This document shows positions 27,725-31,384 of a DNA stretch of 31,384 nucleotides, piece by piece. The stretch comes from Candidatus Hermodarchaeota archaeon (GTDB taxonomy: Archaea; Asgardarchaeota; Hermodarchaeia; Hermodarchaeales; Hermodarchaeaceae): contig JAEOTO010000013.1 in the NCBI GenBank assembly GCA_016839805.1, forward strand, positions 1 to 31,384. Direction: 5' to 3'. Numbering within the stretch: the first letter of the stretch is position 1; the number at the start of each line of letters is the position of its first letter. The notes under the pieces were generated by a model, which did not search any database, was not told where the DNA came from, and saw nothing but the letters and a program-made list of their open reading frames with translations. Made by a program: the position numbers and the translations under genes.

Positions 27725-29163
27725 TATGACATCCCTCCTAGGCGGATTTGTCGCATTCTTACACCGTCAGGCCCTGCGGTCCAAACCGGAATTCCCTGCC
27801 CTGGATCCGATTTTCCACAAATGGCCTGTTCAGAAGCAAATCCCTTTGAACAAGCATCCACAGCTTCAAATAAGCCTTGAGAAGTTAATTCTAACACAGG
27901 ACGACGAATGAACTCGTCAGTAATTTCTCCATTCCTGATAATACGTGCATAGGAACCCACATATTTCGACTGATAGCGCCGGTCGTCTATGTTCCACTCC
28001 GTAAATGATTTCATGAACATGCCAAATTTGATGTCAGCGATTAGTTCATCAAAGGTGCGGTCTCCAGGAGCGATGTATGTGTTAGCCATTCTAGGGATAG
28101 GTTCACGATCGTAGTTGGTGGCACGAGATGAACCGTTGGATCTAACACCAGCTTTACCCGCTGAAAGCCGGTCGTGGAGCATTTCGTTGGCAATTCCCTC
28201 TTTGATTAGGTATCGGGGTCGCGCTTTAACGCCTTCGTCGTCATATAGGTAATAGCCACCACTCTTTGGAATAGTAGGGTCGTCAATAATGGTGACAGCT
28301 GGTGATCCAACGGGGGTTGTACCGACTTCAATGTCCATCCAAAAGGATTCCCCGGCGTTCATCCCTTCACGGCCTTGGATGCGGTCGGCTTCAGAAGGAT
28401 GACCACAATTTTCATGAGCAATAATCCCGGCAACTTCAGCGCCAACAACGACGTCAATGGGTTTGTCGAATTTCATGGGTTTTGCGTTATCGGCAACCTC
28501 TTTAACGTCGCTGGCTTCGTGAATGATAGATTGGGTGAATTGTGGTTTTTCGAACCACTCCCATCCTGCAGCTGATCCCCGACTGAACGTGCGCTGTTCG
28601 GTGCCTTTTGACCCTTGAGCTGTTAGTAAAACGGCATATCTACCTAAGCTTTGATCTGCTTCAACTTGAGTGCCTTCATTATTCATGAAGAATTTCTTCT
28701 GAGTTTCTAGTGACAAAATTATTACACGGTAAGGAAACGTTTTCTCGTTGAAGGTTTCCTTGAGGGTCTTATCCACCACGAGCACGCGGTTAAGCTTCGT
28801 CTCTGAAGCGATATCAGCAAAAGGTATTTTCACTTGCACTTTCCATTGTGTTTGAACAGCTGGTTCTTTTGAAAGTGTAAGTGGAGTTTTTCGCTTTGAT
28901 GATTGAGCAAGACGAATAGCTGTTTTCACTGCTCGTTGAATAGCATCCTTTTCCAAAATGGTAGTAGATACAAACCCGATTCCGCCATTAGCAAGAGCTC
29001 GAATACCGATGCCGCTTGTCTCTGTTGAGCCTGCGGCAAAGATTTCCCCATTTCGTATATTGTATCCCTCGGTTAGATACCGCACGTAACGGAGTTCAAT
29101 GTATTTGGCTCCTTGGGCGTCACCATATTCAACACCATGTTGAATTAAGTCATGAAACGTCAT
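27724..29163 (-). CDS. tldD: TldD family metalloprotease
   Basis: HENCGHPSEADR, YDDEG, SNG, PIPRMANTY and CGK. Start placed at ATG 29163. Confidence 0.92.
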   Translation of the reverse strand: MTFHDLIQHGVEYGDAQGAKYIELRYVRYLTEGYNIRNGEIFAAGSTETSGIGIRALANGGIGFVSTTILEKDAIQRAVKTAIRLAQSSKRKTPLTLSKEPAVQTQWKVQVKIPFADIASETKLNRVLVVDKTLKETFNEKTFPYRVIILSLETQKKFFMNNEGTQVEADQSLGRYAVLLTAQGSKGTEQRTFSRGSAAGWEWFEKPQFTQSIIHEASDVKEVADNAKPMKFDKPIDVVVGAEVAGIIAHENCGHPSEADRIQGREGMNAGESFWMDIEVGTTPVGSPAVTIIDDPTIPKSGGYYLYDDEGVKARPRYLIKEGIANEMLHDRLSAGKAGVRSNGSSRATNYDREPIPRMANTYIAPGDRTFDELIADIKFGMFMKSFTEWNIDDRRYQSKYVGSYARIIRNGEITDEFIRRPVLELTSQGLFEAVDACSKGFASEQAICGKSDPGQGIPVWTAGPDGVRMRQIRLGGMS

Positions 29164-29339
29164 AAAATCATAGCGAGTATAATTATGGACCCTAAAAAAC
29201 GCACTCATCTACCGAATTTAGATGCTTTAACTCCGGAAGGCTTTTGAGGAATAACTTTTCAATCAAAGCCACTCTGGGGCAAAGCTCATAGTCTGCCTAT
29301 GAAATTGCTCTGATAAAAACTAAGATGAAGGGACTCCAC

Positions 29340-29411
29340 TTGACTGTGGCCATAGTCGGTGTCGGACACACTGATTTCAGAAGCACCTAACTGGATGTAT
29401 CCTTCAAAGAG
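29340..29411 (+). pseudogene. 5' remnant of a thiolase-domain gene (MTVAIVGVGHTDFRST*LDVSFKE)
   Basis: Hand translation from TTG 29340 after GAAGGGA resembles thiolase N-termini (VAIVGxGxTxF...DVSxxEL). In-frame TAA at 29388-29390; similarity ends about 35 bp before the stop of the convergent LAGLIDADG gene. Confidence 0.55.
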
Positions 29412-29445
29412 TTTAAAAAAACTCAAGTTCACCCCAACGTTAATC

Positions 29446-31384
29446 TCAATGAATCACGATTGGTCTTTTTGGTTGAAATTGCCTTAATTGAGGAAAGTTC
29501 TCTAGCACGTCTTGGCTAACTTGATAACCATCAGAGAGAGCCAACTTAACATCAAATGGTATTCGCCCAGCAAGCCAATGGTCCATTGATCTCAAACTAC
29601 CTCTATATTCTGTTTCCTCCTTAACTTTGCGGAATAGCTGGTACTTGACCACGCAAGGTTCTTGTATGTATTGTTCGAGTAATGAGAAAAAGGTTCTAAC
29701 TTTGACTTCATCAATTGTTAATGCATCCGCTCCTTTGGCGATTAGACGACTAATGGCATTTCTTCCAATTACAATTCCTAGCTCTTGATGAATTAGAACA
29801 CTTATTTTTCCTGGTGAGAGAGTATTATTTTCATCATGAAGTTGGAGTATTCTTCGCATTAGTAGGCGGTTGCATAATAATTCGACTGGTGCTTCATTCA
29901 TCTGGACAATTTGATTCATAGTCTCTAATCGTCCTGTGGCTGATAGAAAGAGGGGTAATTTCAAAGCGTTCCTGATATTTTCCTTAGTTTCAATTCTCAG
30001 AAAATCAGTATCGTATTTTATCGCTTTAATTCCTACTTTTTCAAGGAGACGATGGATACTTTCTTGGTTTTGTTTTGAATCAATACCGATTACTCGGTTC
30101 GGGAGATTAGCCCAACCATCGCCATCAAAGAGTCCTTGAAGAACCTTAATCTGGAACGATCGAGGAGTGTTTAAAATCCAGTCAATCTTAGCTGGAGTTT
30201 CTCTATGGGTTTCATTTGGTTTGAAGCCAAGAACTGCTTGGTCAAACCATGTAAGGATAGGCGAATTGCAAGAATACCATTGAAATGCACCATAGGGATC
30301 TCCCTTCTGTGGTTGTAAGTCACTTCCAGGCTTGGTAGGGATGCCAAGGCTAGTATAGTAATAAGCTACTCTGTTACCGAAGGTTTTACTCCAAGGATAT
30401 TTTGTAGAAAGACCGATTTTGAAGTAACTATTGATATTAGATTGCATTTTGATATGTCCATCGCTAAGAGACGCACCAATGAGATAACCAAAAGCCAGAA
30501 TTTTTTCTTCAAGGGTTTGAATTGACCCAAACTGGTTAACCCACTGCTTGAGGATTGTTTCAGTTGGTCCAAAATTAGTAAGTTTGATTTCTAGAAATGA
30601 GTCTGGATATTGAAGATTGGGGAGTTTTTCTAGGATTGAGAATAACTGCTCAAATTTAGTGACTTCTGATGGGACCTGTATGTATCGTGCAGTTAAGTCC
30701 TTGGCATCGGAGGCTGTTGGTAGCCATCGAAGTCTTGGACCAGGTGGATTGTCGGGGATATTGGCGGCAAGTCGAATGAGATAAGGTCGGTGTTGATAAC
30801 GGAGAATATCGCTGATAGTATCGTCTGGGAGCTTAAAGTGCTTTTCAAGTCCATGCGGGTGATAACCGGCTTCTACGAGTCTGAGGAAGGCAAGATATCG
30901 GTTAGCATCCTTCTGGTATTTCGTAAAGTTTGGATGATTTCGGATAATGTCCCCAAAAATGAAATGTTTAGAACTTAGGCGTCTAACGATGTCCTGAAAG
31001 GAATAGAGGCCTTGATCAATTTCCCGTAGTTTTTCTAGACGTTCTTGATGCATTTTCAAGTTGATTGCACGGTTTTCAATAATCGCTAGCAAATGGGGGC
31101 GCGAACTCTTATTTCTCCAGCTTCGAATGGTAGTTTCACTTACACCAACATATTGCGCGATTGCACTAATTGGAAGTTTTATGTCACAATGCAATAGGTA
31201 ACTTTCTCGAATAAGGAAGTACAGTTTGGTTTGGCGATGAAGCTTATCAAATTGGGGGTGGTCTTGGATAAGAGGAAAGGCACGGAGAGCTTCTTGATAA
31301 GTCAGCAAGTCAGGAACTTTAGTGAAGTTAGTTGGGTTGACGGAAGTTTCTTTTCTCAGGCTAAGAAGATGTTTTATGGAATTA
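29446..31384 (-). CDS. Large repeated-HTH + double-motif LAGLIDADG endonuclease-like protein, 5'-partial
   Basis: Motifs FGYLIGASLSDG and VLQGLFDGDG; HTH ISAIAQYVGVSETTIRSW. The frame stays open from 31308 to the window end, so the true start probably lies outside the window. Confidence 0.8.
   Translation of the reverse strand, partial: NSIKHLLSLRKETSVNPTNFTKVPDLLTYQEALRAFPLIQDHPQFDKLHRQTKLYFLIRESYLLHCDIKLPISAIAQYVGVSETTIRSWRNKSSRPHLLAIIENRAINLKMHQERLEKLREIDQGLYSFQDIVRRLSSKHFIFGDIIRNHPNFTKYQKDANRYLAFLRLVEAGYHPHGLEKHFKLPDDTISDILRYQHRPYLIRLAANIPDNPPGPRLRWLPTASDAKDLTARYIQVPSEVTKFEQLFSILEKLPNLQYPDSFLEIKLTNFGPTETILKQWVNQFGSIQTLEEKILAFGYLIGASLSDGHIKMQSNINSYFKIGLSTKYPWSKTFGNRVAYYYTSLGIPTKPGSDLQPQKGDPYGAFQWYSCNSPILTWFDQAVLGFKPNETHRETPAKIDWILNTPRSFQIKVLQGLFDGDGWANLPNRVIGIDSKQNQESIHRLLEKVGIKAIKYDTDFLRIETKENIRNALKLPLFLSATGRLETMNQIVQMNEAPVELLCNRLLMRRILQLHDENNTLSPGKISVLIHQELGIVIGRNAISRLIAKGADALTIDEVKVRTFFSLLEQYIQEPCVVKYQLFRKVKEETEYRGSLRSMDHWLAGRIPFDVKLALSDGYQVSQDVLENFPQLRQFQPKRPIVIH

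Noticed and set aside
1-31384. CRISPR arrays, tRNA/rRNA genes and the remaining short antisense or overlapping ORFs in the track
   Set aside because: No regularly spaced repeats or tRNA cloverleaf were seen by eye, and the short ORFs overlap well-supported genes in other frames.

Overview
31.4 kb of archaeal chromosome, most likely from an Asgard archaeon. This is inferred from a Rab-like small GTPase without a prenylation motif, three gelsolin-fold proteins, a V4R/Bet3-like protein and GGTGA/GGAGG ribosome-binding sites with BRE-TATA promoters. Most genes are housekeeping or metabolic: metG, speB, polyprenyl diphosphate synthase, M24 peptidase, beta-CASP nuclease, class II HMG-CoA reductase, a LarA-family enzyme with an FGGY kinase, a sirtuin, a flavin reductase, a radical SAM protein and tldD/tldE. 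The most notable items are: (i) three paralogous 'gelsolin-like domain + linker + shared unknown C-terminal domain' proteins within 5 kb, a candidate undescribed actin-regulator family; (ii) a reconstructable tnpB pseudogene with a rearranged RuvC site and a right-end hairpin, next to a 14-bp inverted repeat enclosing a G-quadruplex motif; (iii) a large 5'-partial protein with repeated HTH modules and two LAGLIDADG motifs, ending next to a decayed 5' fragment of a thiolase-like gene; (iv) a Zn/wHTH + V4R pair directly upstream of HMG-CoA reductase. No rRNA, tRNA or CRISPR array was seen. All family assignments come from motif recognition by eye, not from database searches.
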